Of a stretch of 37,934 nucleotides of DNA, positions 5,905 to 15,183 are shown in pieces (the first letter of the stretch is position 1; every line of letters begins with the position of its first letter). The translations under genes and the position numbers were made by a program. The notes beneath the pieces were generated by a model. It was not told where the DNA came from, searched no databases, and saw only the letters and a list, made by a program, of their open reading frames with translations. The stretch is from Thermoanaerobaculia bacterium (lineage in GTDB: Bacteria > Acidobacteriota > Thermoanaerobaculia > UBA5066 > Gp7-AA6). Location: positions 1 to 37,934 of the forward strand of contig JBBQDF010000001.1 in NCBI GenBank assembly GCA_038319475.1. The letters are read 5' to 3'.

Positions 5905-8900
5905 TTATATACCCGCCTCCTCCCCCTGATCTCCGGCCCCTTCAGGATAGAGCACCGGGACGATCGCGCGAAGTTGCTTCTTTAGCCGCTCCTGCCGCAG
6001 CGTCGGCATCTTGTCGAAATCGCCCTTCTCGTAGGCGTGCTCCAGGGAGTACTTCAGGGCCGGGCCGAGTTCGTCGCGCTCCTTGCCCTTCGAAAGATCG
6101 AAGACCTTGATCTTCTCTTCGATTGGCAGGTGTCGGAATCGCGTCTGGAGCGAGGAGCCCTGGAGATCCGTGCCGATCTGCGAGGCGTCGCGTTCGCCGA
6201 CGGTGCCGGCCGCCATCCCCTCCCGGAAGAGGCTCCGAGCCTGCTCTGGCCGGCCGAGCCGCATCGCCTTCTCCGTGTTGCGGACGGTCTGCCGACGCTC
6301 GAAGTCTTCGCGCGTCCTGGGGGCGTCCGGGGATCGCTCGGCGTTGAACCGGCTCATTTCCTTCTGCGCCGCGGTCTGAGAAATGTACTTCGGAGCCCGA
6401 GCCACCCCGCCGAAAGCGAGCGCGGACTCAAAGGTCGAGTCGGCGTTATCCCGCGCGTCCTTGAAGTTGCGGACGGAGATCGGGAGGAACTGCTTCGCGA
6501 CGAATTCGGCAAGCTGCTTCAACTGTTCGATTGCCGGGTCGTCCTCGTGCCGGATCTCCGTGTTAAAGAAATCCTTGTTCTGCCAGATGTCCGCGAGTGT
6601 GCCAATGAGCGGGTGGAGCTTGTTGCCGACGGTCTTGACGACGCCCTGCTCCTTGAACGCGGCCACGTCCTTCACGTAGGAGGGGAAGGAGCGCCGCTCG
6701 TCGGAGCCGTCCTCGTTCTTTCGGCCCGTCTTCGGAAAGAAGTAGTCCCTCTGCTCCTCCGGGGCCTTACCGGTCGAGAGGTAGTGCGCGATGCCGCCCA
6801 TCGTCCCGACGACGATCGGCAGCGCCATCGCGTAGGCCATCCGGTTCGTGAGCACGGGGTCGGTGAGCTTGCCGGCCTTCGCGTCCTTCAGCCGTTTGCC
6901 GATGGTCGCGAGATCGAAGACGGCCCCGCCGAGCTCGCGCGCGGTGCCGATGTTCCAGCCGAGCGACCGGATCGACGCCATCCCGAGATCCTTCGCCGCG
7001 CGGTTCCAGTAGAGGTTGTCGTAGACGAGTTGGCCCATGCGGTTGTCGATCGAACCCCACGCGCGGCCGAGCACGTGCCGAGTCTCTTCGGGCGTCGCGT
7101 CCGGGCCGAGTTGCTCGACTTCCCACCGGGCGAGGTCGAGGAAGGAGCCGAGCTTCTGTCGCGGAACGAGCCATTCCATCAGCGGCTTCGAGGCCGCCTC
7201 GACGAGCGCGAACGGCGCGCGGAGCCCCGCCCCGATCACGTTGCCCTGCCGCCACTCGCGGAACATCGACTTTACGGCGTCGTTCGTGTACATCGCATCC
7301 TGCCCGAAGCGACCGCCGGCCTTCAGCACGAGCTCCACGTCCGGGGTCAGCGGGCCGTCGCCCATCGCCTCCCGGATCGCGCGGCCGCCCCGGAGCACGT
7401 TGGCGACAGGGGCGAACGGAGTCGTCGCGACCGAGCCGAGTCCGCGGGCGAGATCCCCGCGCGCGATCTGCCGGATCCCGAGCGCCGTCTTCGACACTGC
7501 GGCGTCGATTGAGGTCATGCCCGCGTGGAAGGCGGAGAGCCCCAGTTGCGCCTGATTCAGGCTATTCCCCATCGCCCGCCAGCCGCGATAGAGCGCCTTG
7601 CCCTGGAGTCCCGGCGAAAGGTGGTTGTTGACGATCTGCGCGAGTTCCTTCGGCGCGGCGTAGTAGCCCTTTATCAGGAGCCCCTCCGCATCGACGGATC
7701 CCGCCCGCGTGCCGATCGTGAGCGTCGGTCGCATTTCGAGCAGAGGCGCGATCTTCGGCTCCCGGTGTAGCACATCCTCGAGCCGCGCCATGACGGTCGG
7801 AGCGACCTCGCCGAGCTTGTCGTGGTGGTTCACGAAGGCGTCGATCAGGTTCGCGATCTTCTCGGTCCGCGTGTTGATGTAGCGCCCGTATTCTGGGTCG
7901 AGTTGGGCGCGAGGCGTACCCTCGTGGCGCAGCGCAGCCAGGGCGCGGAGCTCCGAGTTGATCTTCTTGCGCTCGTCGAGCCCCACGCTCTTCGGTAGCC
8001 CCTCAACGTCACGTAGGCCGGTCACGCGGTCCCACAGGTTGAACTTGCCATCCATCGCGTGCCCGAGCTCGTGCGTCAAGACGCCAATCGTCGAGCCGAA
8101 CTTCGTGAGCACCGCATCCTTGCCGGGGAAGAACGCGCCGGCCGGGCCGTCGACGCCAGTCTCCCGGCGGGTCTTCACGCCGAGCTCGCGAGCGAGGTCG
8201 CGCAGCTTCCCGTAGAGCCTCGCATCTACCGTCTCCTCGACCGGGATCCGCGACGAACCGTAGACCGTGCCGATCTTGTCGTCGATCTTCGTCCAGTTGG
8301 CCGGCATCGGGCGGTCCACGGGGAAGTAGTCCACCGTCCCCTGCTGCTGGCTCTCCTTGAGCCACTCGTGCGCCATGACGTACTTGTCCATCTCGTGCAG
8401 CTTGCGAAGAGTCAGGTCGATCGGGTTCCAGTCCACCGGCTCAAGGCCCGCGGCGAGGCCCTCTTCGATGGTCGGGATCGTCCGCTTCTTCAGGAACGAC
8501 TTCCCGCCCTCCAGCGTCCGGCCCTGGTAGAACTCCTCGGCCGACTTTACGTCCTTCCACAGGTGCGGGAAGTAGTTCTCTATGAGCTTCTCCAGTTTGC
8601 CGGTCCCGAGCGCCCGCACCGCTGCGACACGCTCGTCCATCGCCTCTCGCAGCGCGTCGGCCGTCTTCTGGAGGCGGGGATCGCCGACGAACTTCTCGCC
8701 GGCCTCGAAGGGCTTCGTGAATTCGAGCAGGGCGGCCTTCTTCCCGATGTCGCCGATCCGGCGGTCGGCCGCGACGCGCGCGTCGTCGAGAGCGCGGGTC
8801 GCCCGCGTCGTCTTCAGCGCGAGCTCCGCGTTCTTCTGTCGGAGCGTCCCGCCGCCGATCTTCGCCGCCTCGCCTCGTGTCGCCGGGGAGAGGAAGGCGT

Positions 8901-11421
8901 GCACGTCGTCCTTCATCTGCGCGGCGGAGCGCACGGCGTCCCGTGCGACGCCCTTCACGTCGGCGGAGAGAAACGCCTCGACCGGGCCCTGCTTCTTGCC
9001 CGCGTCGGGGGAGAGCCGCGCGAGGTTGCGCCCGCCGCCGGAACCTTTCGGCCGGCCACTCTTGTCGATCTCGCCGGTCGGGTCGCGCATCGCCTTGCCG
9101 AAGTCGCCGGAGGCGCGGCCCAACCCGAGCCGCTCGGTCGGACGGGCTTCATTCGACTCGCCAGCCCGCCGCTTCAGCAACCCCTCCACCTGCTTCTTCT
9201 GCTGCTGGAGGTCCTTAATCTCGTCGTCAATCTTCCCGAGTGTCGCGCGCGGGATGTCCGAGTCCCCCGCTTCCCGAATGCGCTCGATCGCTTTTGCGCG
9301 CTGCTCAACCCAAGTCGATAGTCTGCGGTTGATGTCCGCCAGTCGTTCGCGGGCGGGCGACAAGTCCTCGGTCGGACGGGCCTCGAGGAGGTCGCGCTGA
9401 TCCCCCTTCCGGCCGTAGTCCTCCGAGAGTCCGAGCCCCTGCTGCGTGCCCTCGATCGACGGCCCGGACGGCTTCGGCCGCGGCTGGCCGATCTGCTCGG
9501 CCCGACGCTGCGCTTCAGAGGCTTCCGGAGAGAACTCCGTGATCGGCTCCTTGACGCCTTCGCGCGCCTTACGGAGGTCTTCCATCGTCGGCCGCTGGAG
9601 CCCGCTGTGCTCGAGTGCGTCCGCTTCGAGCCGCTTCTCGTGCGCGATCTCTCCTGCGCGCTCGGAAATGGGGGGAAGGCCGCTCTCGTGCTCCATGGCG
9701 GCGGAGAAGTCGCCCGTCGGCTTCGCCTTCTTCCCGTTGCCGCGCGGCAGCACGACATCCGCCGTCTCCGCCGGAACGCGCTTGACCTCGCCCGTTGCGG
9801 GGTTGCGCACGCGCAGCGTCGTCCCGTTCTCGTCCTGCGTCTTCTCGAGGATCTCGTGCCGCGTCCCGTCGTCGAGAATCGCCTCGCGACCGAGCACGAA
9901 GTCGGGCGCGGCGCGGCTCGCAACGCCGGCCGACGTGGGGTTTGCTTCATTGAGTGGAGCATGCTCGTTTCGCGCGTTGACTCCATCCGCCTCTGGCACC
10001 GCCACCTCTGCCGGCGATTGCGCCACCCGACTCTCCCGATTCGCGGGCGTCGATGCCGTGGCCTCGGTTTGGGGAGTAAGTGTGTCCGGGGGCATCACCC
10101 TCGGCTCGCTTGCCCGCTCCGGGGCCACCGCAACGACGTCCTCCAGGGCGTATCCCGGCGGAGGGGGAGGAGGTTCGCGATCCGCCTGCCGCCGCTTCGG
10201 CGTCGGAGAGCCGGGGATCTCGAGCCCGGCCACGTCCGGCGGCACCGGCACCCGGCGATCGGGCACCTGCAAGTCGTCGAGCGTAGCGGGCTTCGCGGGC
10301 GGCGCGGGCTTCTCCAGCGCCGCCCAGTCGCCCGGCTGAGGCGGCTGCTCCCGGCGAAGCTGATCCGGACGCAGCGGGGCCGGCGGCGGCGGAGGTGGAG
10401 CCGGCTCCTGCCGGAGATCGCCAGGCTGGATCGTCAGCGGCGGCGGCGGCGGAGGGGGTTCAGCGTGCTCCGGAGGGGTCGCCTGTGGCTCTCGCGGCGG
10501 CGCAGGAGCCTCTCGCCCCTTGGCCCAGTCCACACCCTTCCGACCGGCCTCTCCGACCGCTTCGTGGCCGACGGCCATCCCGCCGCTCATCGCGCCCTCG
10601 ATCCACGATTGGTAGGCCCCCCCGAGATCTCCCGCCTTCGCCTTCTCGATCCCTTCGGCCGCCTTCGACGCGGCCCCAGAAGCCATCTGTGTCTTGAACA
10701 CGGCATCCGCGGCGGTCGCGGCAGTGGCCGGGAGCTTCCCCATGCCGCCGATCAGGGCGAGGTTCTCCGGCGAGGTCAGTCCGCCGCCGACATCCGCGAC
10801 CGCCTCCCCTGTCCGTTGGAGCAGGTTCGGCGGCTGTACGGGCGTCCCCGGCGGGTTCTGGAACCGCTTCCCGATGCCGAGCACGTCGCCGCCGCTCTGG
10901 CCCATCTGCGAGATCACGGGCTCGCGGACGCCGCGGGCGGCCCGCGCGAGCGCGCCGAGCGGCGCGGCGGCTCCCGCCGTGACCTCTCGGACCTGATCGA
11001 GCGCGCCGTACCGCTCCGGGCCGAGATCCGGGGCGAACTGGGGCGGCTGGAAGATGCCGTGCGCGGCGAGCCGACGGCTTTCCTCAGCCTTCCGAGCCTC
11101 CGCCTCGCCTTGGAGTCGGGTTCGCGCCTGGAAGGCCGTGGCGGGCCGTGGTGGCTGCGGGGGCCCCTGCGCCGGGCCGCCGGCCGAGTCCTGCGGGAAC
11201 TGCGCCGGGATGGGGGCGGGGTTGAACGCGGCCTCCGCGCGCCGGAGATCGCCCATGCCGGCCACCGGAGGAGCTCCAGTCGGCAGCGCGACGACATCGG
11301 CCGCAGAGTAGCCGGGCGGGGGTGGCGGAGGACCGCCGGCCGCGGACGCCTTCGGCACCGCGACGACATCCGCGGCGGTGTAGCCAGGCGGGGGTGGAGG
11401 CGCTACCTGTTCGGGACCCAT
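5905..11421 (-). CDS. giant (1838-aa) virion-associated/polyvalent-type protein with an HExxH metallopeptidase motif
   Basis: Start taken at ATG 11421 (GGGAGCGG SD, 19-nt overlap with the upstream gene end). LTHELGHAMD lies near 8055-8075. The N-terminus has poly-Pro repeats. The ORF follows other low-complexity internal-virion-like proteins. Confidence 0.75.
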   Translation of the reverse strand: MGPEQVAPPPPPGYTAADVVAVPKASAAGGPPPPPPGYSAADVVALPTGAPPVAGMGDLRRAEAAFNPAPIPAQFPQDSAGGPAQGPPQPPRPATAFQARTRLQGEAEARKAEESRRLAAHGIFQPPQFAPDLGPERYGALDQVREVTAGAAAPLGALARAARGVREPVISQMGQSGGDVLGIGKRFQNPPGTPVQPPNLLQRTGEAVADVGGGLTSPENLALIGGMGKLPATAATAADAVFKTQMASGAASKAAEGIEKAKAGDLGGAYQSWIEGAMSGGMAVGHEAVGEAGRKGVDWAKGREAPAPPREPQATPPEHAEPPPPPPPLTIQPGDLRQEPAPPPPPPAPLRPDQLRREQPPQPGDWAALEKPAPPAKPATLDDLQVPDRRVPVPPDVAGLEIPGSPTPKRRQADREPPPPPPGYALEDVVAVAPERASEPRVMPPDTLTPQTEATASTPANRESRVAQSPAEVAVPEADGVNARNEHAPLNEANPTSAGVASRAAPDFVLGREAILDDGTRHEILEKTQDENGTTLRVRNPATGEVKRVPAETADVVLPRGNGKKAKPTGDFSAAMEHESGLPPISERAGEIAHEKRLEADALEHSGLQRPTMEDLRKAREGVKEPITEFSPEASEAQRRAEQIGQPRPKPSGPSIEGTQQGLGLSEDYGRKGDQRDLLEARPTEDLSPARERLADINRRLSTWVEQRAKAIERIREAGDSDIPRATLGKIDDEIKDLQQQKKQVEGLLKRRAGESNEARPTERLGLGRASGDFGKAMRDPTGEIDKSGRPKGSGGGRNLARLSPDAGKKQGPVEAFLSADVKGVARDAVRSAAQMKDDVHAFLSPATRGEAAKIGGGTLRQKNAELALKTTRATRALDDARVAADRRIGDIGKKAALLEFTKPFEAGEKFVGDPRLQKTADALREAMDERVAAVRALGTGKLEKLIENYFPHLWKDVKSAEEFYQGRTLEGGKSFLKKRTIPTIEEGLAAGLEPVDWNPIDLTLRKLHEMDKYVMAHEWLKESQQQGTVDYFPVDRPMPANWTKIDDKIGTVYGSSRIPVEETVDARLYGKLRDLARELGVKTRRETGVDGPAGAFFPGKDAVLTKFGSTIGVLTHELGHAMDGKFNLWDRVTGLRDVEGLPKSVGLDERKKINSELRALAALRHEGTPRAQLDPEYGRYINTRTEKIANLIDAFVNHHDKLGEVAPTVMARLEDVLHREPKIAPLLEMRPTLTIGTRAGSVDAEGLLIKGYYAAPKELAQIVNNHLSPGLQGKALYRGWRAMGNSLNQAQLGLSAFHAGMTSIDAAVSKTALGIRQIARGDLARGLGSVATTPFAPVANVLRGGRAIREAMGDGPLTPDVELVLKAGGRFGQDAMYTNDAVKSMFREWRQGNVIGAGLRAPFALVEAASKPLMEWLVPRQKLGSFLDLARWEVEQLGPDATPEETRHVLGRAWGSIDNRMGQLVYDNLYWNRAAKDLGMASIRSLGWNIGTARELGGAVFDLATIGKRLKDAKAGKLTDPVLTNRMAYAMALPIVVGTMGGIAHYLSTGKAPEEQRDYFFPKTGRKNEDGSDERRSFPSYVKDVAAFKEQGVVKTVGNKLHPLIGTLADIWQNKDFFNTEIRHEDDPAIEQLKQLAEFVAKQFLPISVRNFKDARDNADSTFESALAFGGVARAPKYISQTAAQKEMSRFNAERSPDAPRTREDFERRQTVRNTEKAMRLGRPEQARSLFREGMAAGTVGERDASQIGTDLQGSSLQTRFRHLPIEEKIKVFDLSKGKERDELGPALKYSLEHAYEKGDFDKMPTLRQERLKKQLRAIVPVLYPEGAGDQGEEAGI
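11281..11400. repeat. coding repeats PPPPPGY(T/S)AADVVA(V/L)P x2 (third diverged copy at about 10121-10176)
   Basis: Read from the translation of the giant ORF N-terminus. The third copy reads PPPPPPGYALEDVVAVAP. Confidence 0.8.
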
Positions 11422-12476
11422 CCGCTCCCGTCCCACTTCAGCTTGCCGTCCTTCGTGACGTAGGACTGGGCCGCGGCGGCCTGGGGTTTCGCGGCCGACG
11501 CGGGAGCAGGCGTCGCGGCAGGCGGCGGCGGAGTGCCGCCCGGAGTGGCCCCGCCCATCACGAAGTCCCGGAACCCCTGCTTGGAAGCCTTCCCGGCGGC
11601 CTTCGGCGGGATGAACTTCCCGCCCTTGCCGCTCGGCGGCGCGTCGCCGTGCGCGTTGAACCACTCCGTGTGATGCCCCGGATGGTCCGGATCCTTCGGG
11701 TTCGGATCTTCGACCTCGCGCGGCGTCCAGTTGGGAGTCACGTCGCGCTCCGGCCGGCGATGCCGCTCGGTGGCTGCGGCCTGAGTGTCGAGCCACTTCT
11801 CGGGCGTCATTCCCGCCGCTGCGGCGTCCTCGTAGGGTGAGCGGTTCAGGTCTTCCCGCTTCGGTCCGGTGAGCACCGCCCCCTCGGGGAACTTCGGCGG
11901 CTCGTCGCCGTGCTCGTTGAAGGCGAGCGACCCCGAGTAGTCCGGGCTCACCGGCCCCTGTGCGCCCGGCGCGGGCTTGCTGCCCGCAACGGTATAGCCC
12001 TGCATCTTCCACATCGGGTCCGGCTTCTTGTTCGCGAGCTGAATCTGCCGCTGCTCTTCCGCCTTGCGGTAGTCGATCATCGACTGGTCGGTGCGCGTCT
12101 TCTGCCGGTCCTGCCACGCCTGCCGGTCCGCGGTGTACTGGCCTTGCTTGGCCTGCTGCCGGGCCGTGCCGATCGAGCCGAGAACCGCCGCGATGGGGTG
12201 ACGAGCCCCGAGCGTCTGGAGCAGGCTCCTCCAGAACTCCGCCGTTGCGTTGCTCTTCGGAGCCTGCGGCATCGGATCGTCGCTCGATGTCGCATCCTCC
12301 GCGCGCGCGGGCCGCGTTGGAGCAGTCACGCTCGGACGGGATCCCGCCGCGCTCGCGTTGGAGTCGAAGTGCTCGTCACGCTGAGGCTGCGGCTGAAGGT
12401 CCAGCGGCGACGGCTGCGCAAGCTGCCGGCCGAGCCACGGGTATTGCGACTGCTGCGGGTCGAAAAGACTGCTCAT
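11403..12476 (-). CDS. low-complexity virion-internal-like protein (357 aa)
   Basis: ATG 12476 is preceded by TAGGAGGCGG. Track residues upstream of it overlap the preceding gene. The product is Gln/Pro/Ala-rich. Confidence 0.6.
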   Translation of the reverse strand: MSSLFDPQQSQYPWLGRQLAQPSPLDLQPQPQRDEHFDSNASAAGSRPSVTAPTRPARAEDATSSDDPMPQAPKSNATAEFWRSLLQTLGARHPIAAVLGSIGTARQQAKQGQYTADRQAWQDRQKTRTDQSMIDYRKAEEQRQIQLANKKPDPMWKMQGYTVAGSKPAPGAQGPVSPDYSGSLAFNEHGDEPPKFPEGAVLTGPKREDLNRSPYEDAAAAGMTPEKWLDTQAAATERHRRPERDVTPNWTPREVEDPNPKDPDHPGHHTEWFNAHGDAPPSGKGGKFIPPKAAGKASKQGFRDFVMGGATPGGTPPPPAATPAPASAAKPQAAAAQSYVTKDGKLKWDGSGWVPNR

Positions 12477-12483
12477 CCGCCTC

Positions 12484-12816
12484 CTACGTGTACTTCCAGC
12501 CGCCGGAGAAATTGCCCGTCGGATACCCGGAATTCGCCGCCGAAGGTGGGCCGCCGCCCTGGGGAGGCCCGCCGCCCTTCTTCCCGCCGAAGAGGCCATT
12601 GATCACGGAGGAAATGATCGAGCCCGTCTCCTGCCGCTGCGCCGACACATCCGCGTTGACCGACTGCGAGGCCGCCGCCCCAAGCTCCGAAGAGCCCGTC
12701 ACGTCCCCTTGGGGGATCTCGCCGCCCGCGGTGCGCTGATACGGCATGATCTGAAACTTCTTCGTCGGATCCTGCTCTTCGTTCTGCTGGTAGTCGAGCG
12801 CGCTGCCGTAGTCCAT
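12484..12816 (-). CDS. small Gly/Gln-rich protein, paralog of 12817..13107
   Basis: Shares DYQQ(N/D)xEQDPTK(K/R)FQ(I/L)xPY with its neighbour. Junction is TAGATG, preceded by GGAGGTGG. Confidence 0.6.
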   Translation of the reverse strand: MDYGSALDYQQNEEQDPTKKFQIMPYQRTAGGEIPQGDVTGSSELGAAASQSVNADVSAQRQETGSIISSVINGLFGGKKGGGPPQGGGPPSAANSGYPTGNFSGGWKYT

Positions 12817-13107
12817 CTAGCCACCTCCAAAGATCGAGGCGAACATGGACAGGAGGTCCTTGCTCTTCTTGCCCTGCTCCGCCTGTCGCGCCGCGGCGTC
12901 CCCCGCTGCGCTCGCCGCGAGGTTCTGCGTCACGAGCCCGACGTTGGTCTGATCGCTCGAATCCGCGGCGAACTTGTCCTGCGCGCGAATCTTCGATCCG
13001 TAGGGCTGTAGCTGAAACCTCTTCGTCGGATCCTGCTCGGGATCCTGCTGATAATCCATTGCGCCGCCGTAGCCGCCGCCGTAGCCCTGAGAGCCGTCGT
13101 CGTACAT
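12817..13107 (-). CDS. small Gly/Gln-rich protein, paralog of 12484..12816
   Basis: Same N-terminal motif as its neighbour. SD GGGGTGA precedes ATG 13107. Confidence 0.6.
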   Translation of the reverse strand: MYDDGSQGYGGGYGGAMDYQQDPEQDPTKRFQLQPYGSKIRAQDKFAADSSDQTNVGLVTQNLAASAAGDAAARQAEQGKKSKDLLSMFASIFGGG

Positions 13108-13111
13108 CGGG

Positions 13112-14773
13112 TCACCCCGTAAAAATCGGCACTTCGACTGCGGTCTTCGCCGTGTTCCCGATCGACCGAGGCTTGGCGGCGAGGTCCGCGCGCCCGCCGA
13201 GCAGGCTGTTCATGAAGGAGGTCTCCCCGCCGTAGAGGTTCGAGAGGCCTGCCGCGCCCGCGTTGCGGTCCTGCCGCGCGAAGTCCTCGAAGCCCATCCG
13301 GCTGCTGCGCACCGCGTTGGAGCCCGCCGCGGCTTCGTGCGCGCCGACATTGGCGAGCGCGGCGTCCGTCCCGCCTGTGCCGCCCGTCGCCGCCGCGTGC
13401 CGCTTGATCTGCTCCCCCGCGCCTTGGAACCCTGCACGCGCCGAGTTCACCGAGTCCTGGATGATCGCGCTCTTCGTCGGATCGGAGAGGCCGGGATTCG
13501 TCTTCATGTTCATGTAGGTGTCGTACGCGTTGCCGCCCGCGAGCTGCCGGTTGCCGGACGCGCCACCCTGTCCCCACATCTGCCCGCCCTCGGAAATCGC
13601 GCGGCCCTGCGCGTCGTAGCCGAGCGTGGGCCCCTGGAACGCGCCGGAGAAGAACGGGCTCGCTTCCGGGATCGGGTCGCCCGGCTGGCCGCCCGGAGGG
13701 GTCGTGTCGCGCGGAGGCAGCGCGATCGGCGGCGGCACGTTGCCGGTCGGCGGGATCACTGGAGCCCGCGGCGGTACGGCCGGTGGTGCCGTCGTCGTCG
13801 AGCTCGGCGACTTGCCCGGCGACTGGCCCGGCGGCTGGCTCACGTTGCCGGTCGGCGGGATCACTGGAGCCCGCGGCGGCGTGGCCACCGTCGAAGTCTG
13901 CGCGGCCTTCGCCGCGAGTGCTGCGCGCCCCCGTTCCGCTTGTGCCGCGAGCGCCGCGTCGGTGTCCATGAATTGCCCGAACTGTGAGGCGTCGTACGGT
14001 TTTCCGGTGATCCCGTAGCCGCTTTTCATCCCCATCGCGGCCTGCGGGTTGTAGGTCATCGACTTGTCGTTTTCGATGCCCTTGAGCCATTCGTTCGTCG
14101 CGGTGTTGTTCGGATCGTCAGGGCCGGATTCGTTGGGGAACGGATCGGTTCCGACGCTCAAGTGCTCCGCGCCCTTGTAAATGCGACCGTTCGGCCCGAC
14201 CGGGTAGTTCTTGTATCCGGCCGGATCGACGCCGAGCTCACGCATCTTGTCGCGCGCCTCCTGACTGATGCCCGAGAGATCCATCCCGTTGACCATGCCG
14301 CCGTCGCTCATGTCGTACGCGCCAGCGCCGGGGCCGCCGTTGTAGGCGTCTGCTGGCGCATAGGATCGGTCGAGAGCATATCTGCCGCCGGTGCCGCCGG
14401 AACCTCCTCGATCGCCACCACCGCTACCACCGCCGGAGGAACTCCCGAAAGAAGGACCTTCGTTCGCGCCGCGGACGATCGGCCCGTTGTTGCGGCGCGT
14501 ATGATCGCCGTCCGAGCCGTCCTGATCGTCGGCCGGCGGCGGCGTTCCACGCGGCGGATGCAACGTCGGGTCCGCCTCAGCGTCCGGTCGCGTGTACGGC
14601 CCGGCCATCGCCCGGTTGCCGTACATCTCGCTCGCAAACGCGTTGGCGGTCGGACCCATGTCCGTCCCGTAGTCGTAATTCAGGTTTCCCGACGTGCTCT
14701 GATCGCGCGTCTTCGAGCCGATGTCGAAGCTACACGCGACCGCGAGGGCCTGCGTTCTGAGGTTCAACCACAT
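13112..14773 (-). CDS. Gly/Pro-rich low-complexity virion-internal-like protein (553 aa)
   Basis: ATG 14773 (TGATG junction with the GNAT stop). The track start at 14776 is a TTG one codon upstream. Contains PPRAPVIPPTGNV twice. Confidence 0.65.
   Translation of the reverse strand: MWLNLRTQALAVACSFDIGSKTRDQSTSGNLNYDYGTDMGPTANAFASEMYGNRAMAGPYTRPDAEADPTLHPPRGTPPPADDQDGSDGDHTRRNNGPIVRGANEGPSFGSSSGGGSGGGDRGGSGGTGGRYALDRSYAPADAYNGGPGAGAYDMSDGGMVNGMDLSGISQEARDKMRELGVDPAGYKNYPVGPNGRIYKGAEHLSVGTDPFPNESGPDDPNNTATNEWLKGIENDKSMTYNPQAAMGMKSGYGITGKPYDASQFGQFMDTDAALAAQAERGRAALAAKAAQTSTVATPPRAPVIPPTGNVSQPPGQSPGKSPSSTTTAPPAVPPRAPVIPPTGNVPPPIALPPRDTTPPGGQPGDPIPEASPFFSGAFQGPTLGYDAQGRAISEGGQMWGQGGASGNRQLAGGNAYDTYMNMKTNPGLSDPTKSAIIQDSVNSARAGFQGAGEQIKRHAAATGGTGGTDAALANVGAHEAAAGSNAVRSSRMGFEDFARQDRNAGAAGLSNLYGGETSFMNSLLGGRADLAAKPRSIGNTAKTAVEVPIFTG
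13736..13879. repeat. exact 39-bp direct repeat inside the gene (13736-13774 and 13841-13879)
   Basis: CACGTTGCCGGTCGGCGGGATCACTGGAGCCCGCGGCGG occurs twice with 105-bp phasing. Confidence 0.85.
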
Positions 14774-15183
14774 CAAAGCTCCTTCTGGAATCGGTGGACG
14801 AGATCGAACGTCAGATGCATCCGCGGATCGCTCTTGAACCCGTAGCGGGAGAGCACGAGGCCCTTGTTCATCGTTTCGAGGTTCGGCTCCAGAGGCACGA
14901 TCAGGCTGTCGCAGCCCTCTTCGTAGACGGCCCGCGCGAACGTCGGCCAGACGCTCTTCAGCACGTGCAGCCGGCGAAGATCCGTCCCCGCGGAGGGGTC
15001 GAGCATCAGCACCACTTCCGCCGTCTTCCGGGCGAGGATGCAGGCGATCACGTGGCCCTTCTCTTCGACGACGAAGGCGGTCTTGTGAAGGCGATAGGAC
15101 GGATCAGTGAAGCGGACGCCAGCGCGCGCGGCTACCTGTTCGAGGGCCTCGCGATCGCGCTCGTCATACTTGCGGATGTTCAG
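14773..15183 (-). CDS. GNAT-family N-acetyltransferase-like protein (136 aa), apparent CTG start
   Basis: LNIRKYDERDREALEQVAARAG...VVEEKGHVIACIL...MNKGLVLSRYGFK follows the GNAT layout. The track ORF (GTG 15051, 92 aa) would remove the N-terminal third. The 44 upstream codons are open, with G/C predominating at third positions, and contain no ATG/GTG/TTG. CTG 15183 overlaps the upstream TGA (CTGA) after GGTGATAG. Confidence 0.55.
   Translation of the reverse strand: MNIRKYDERDREALEQVAARAGVRFTDPSYRLHKTAFVVEEKGHVIACILARKTAEVVLMLDPSAGTDLRRLHVLKSVWPTFARAVYEEGCDSLIVPLEPNLETMNKGLVLSRYGFKSDPRMHLTFDLVHRFQKEL

Noticed and set aside
11422-12117. N-terminal 232 codons of the 2070-aa track ORF (5905..12117).
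   Set aside because: This part is Arg/Gly/Ala-rich shadow sequence that fully overlaps the better-supported 11403..12476 gene in another frame. An SD plus ATG at 11421 coincides with the end of that gene.
4690-14000. Direct repeats at 4770-4941, 10121-11400 and 13736-13879 as a CRISPR array, or as a DGR template/variable repeat pair.
   Set aside because: All of them are in-frame coding repeats producing peptide repeats. There are no regular spacers, no cas genes, no reverse transcriptase, and no A-specific mismatch pattern.
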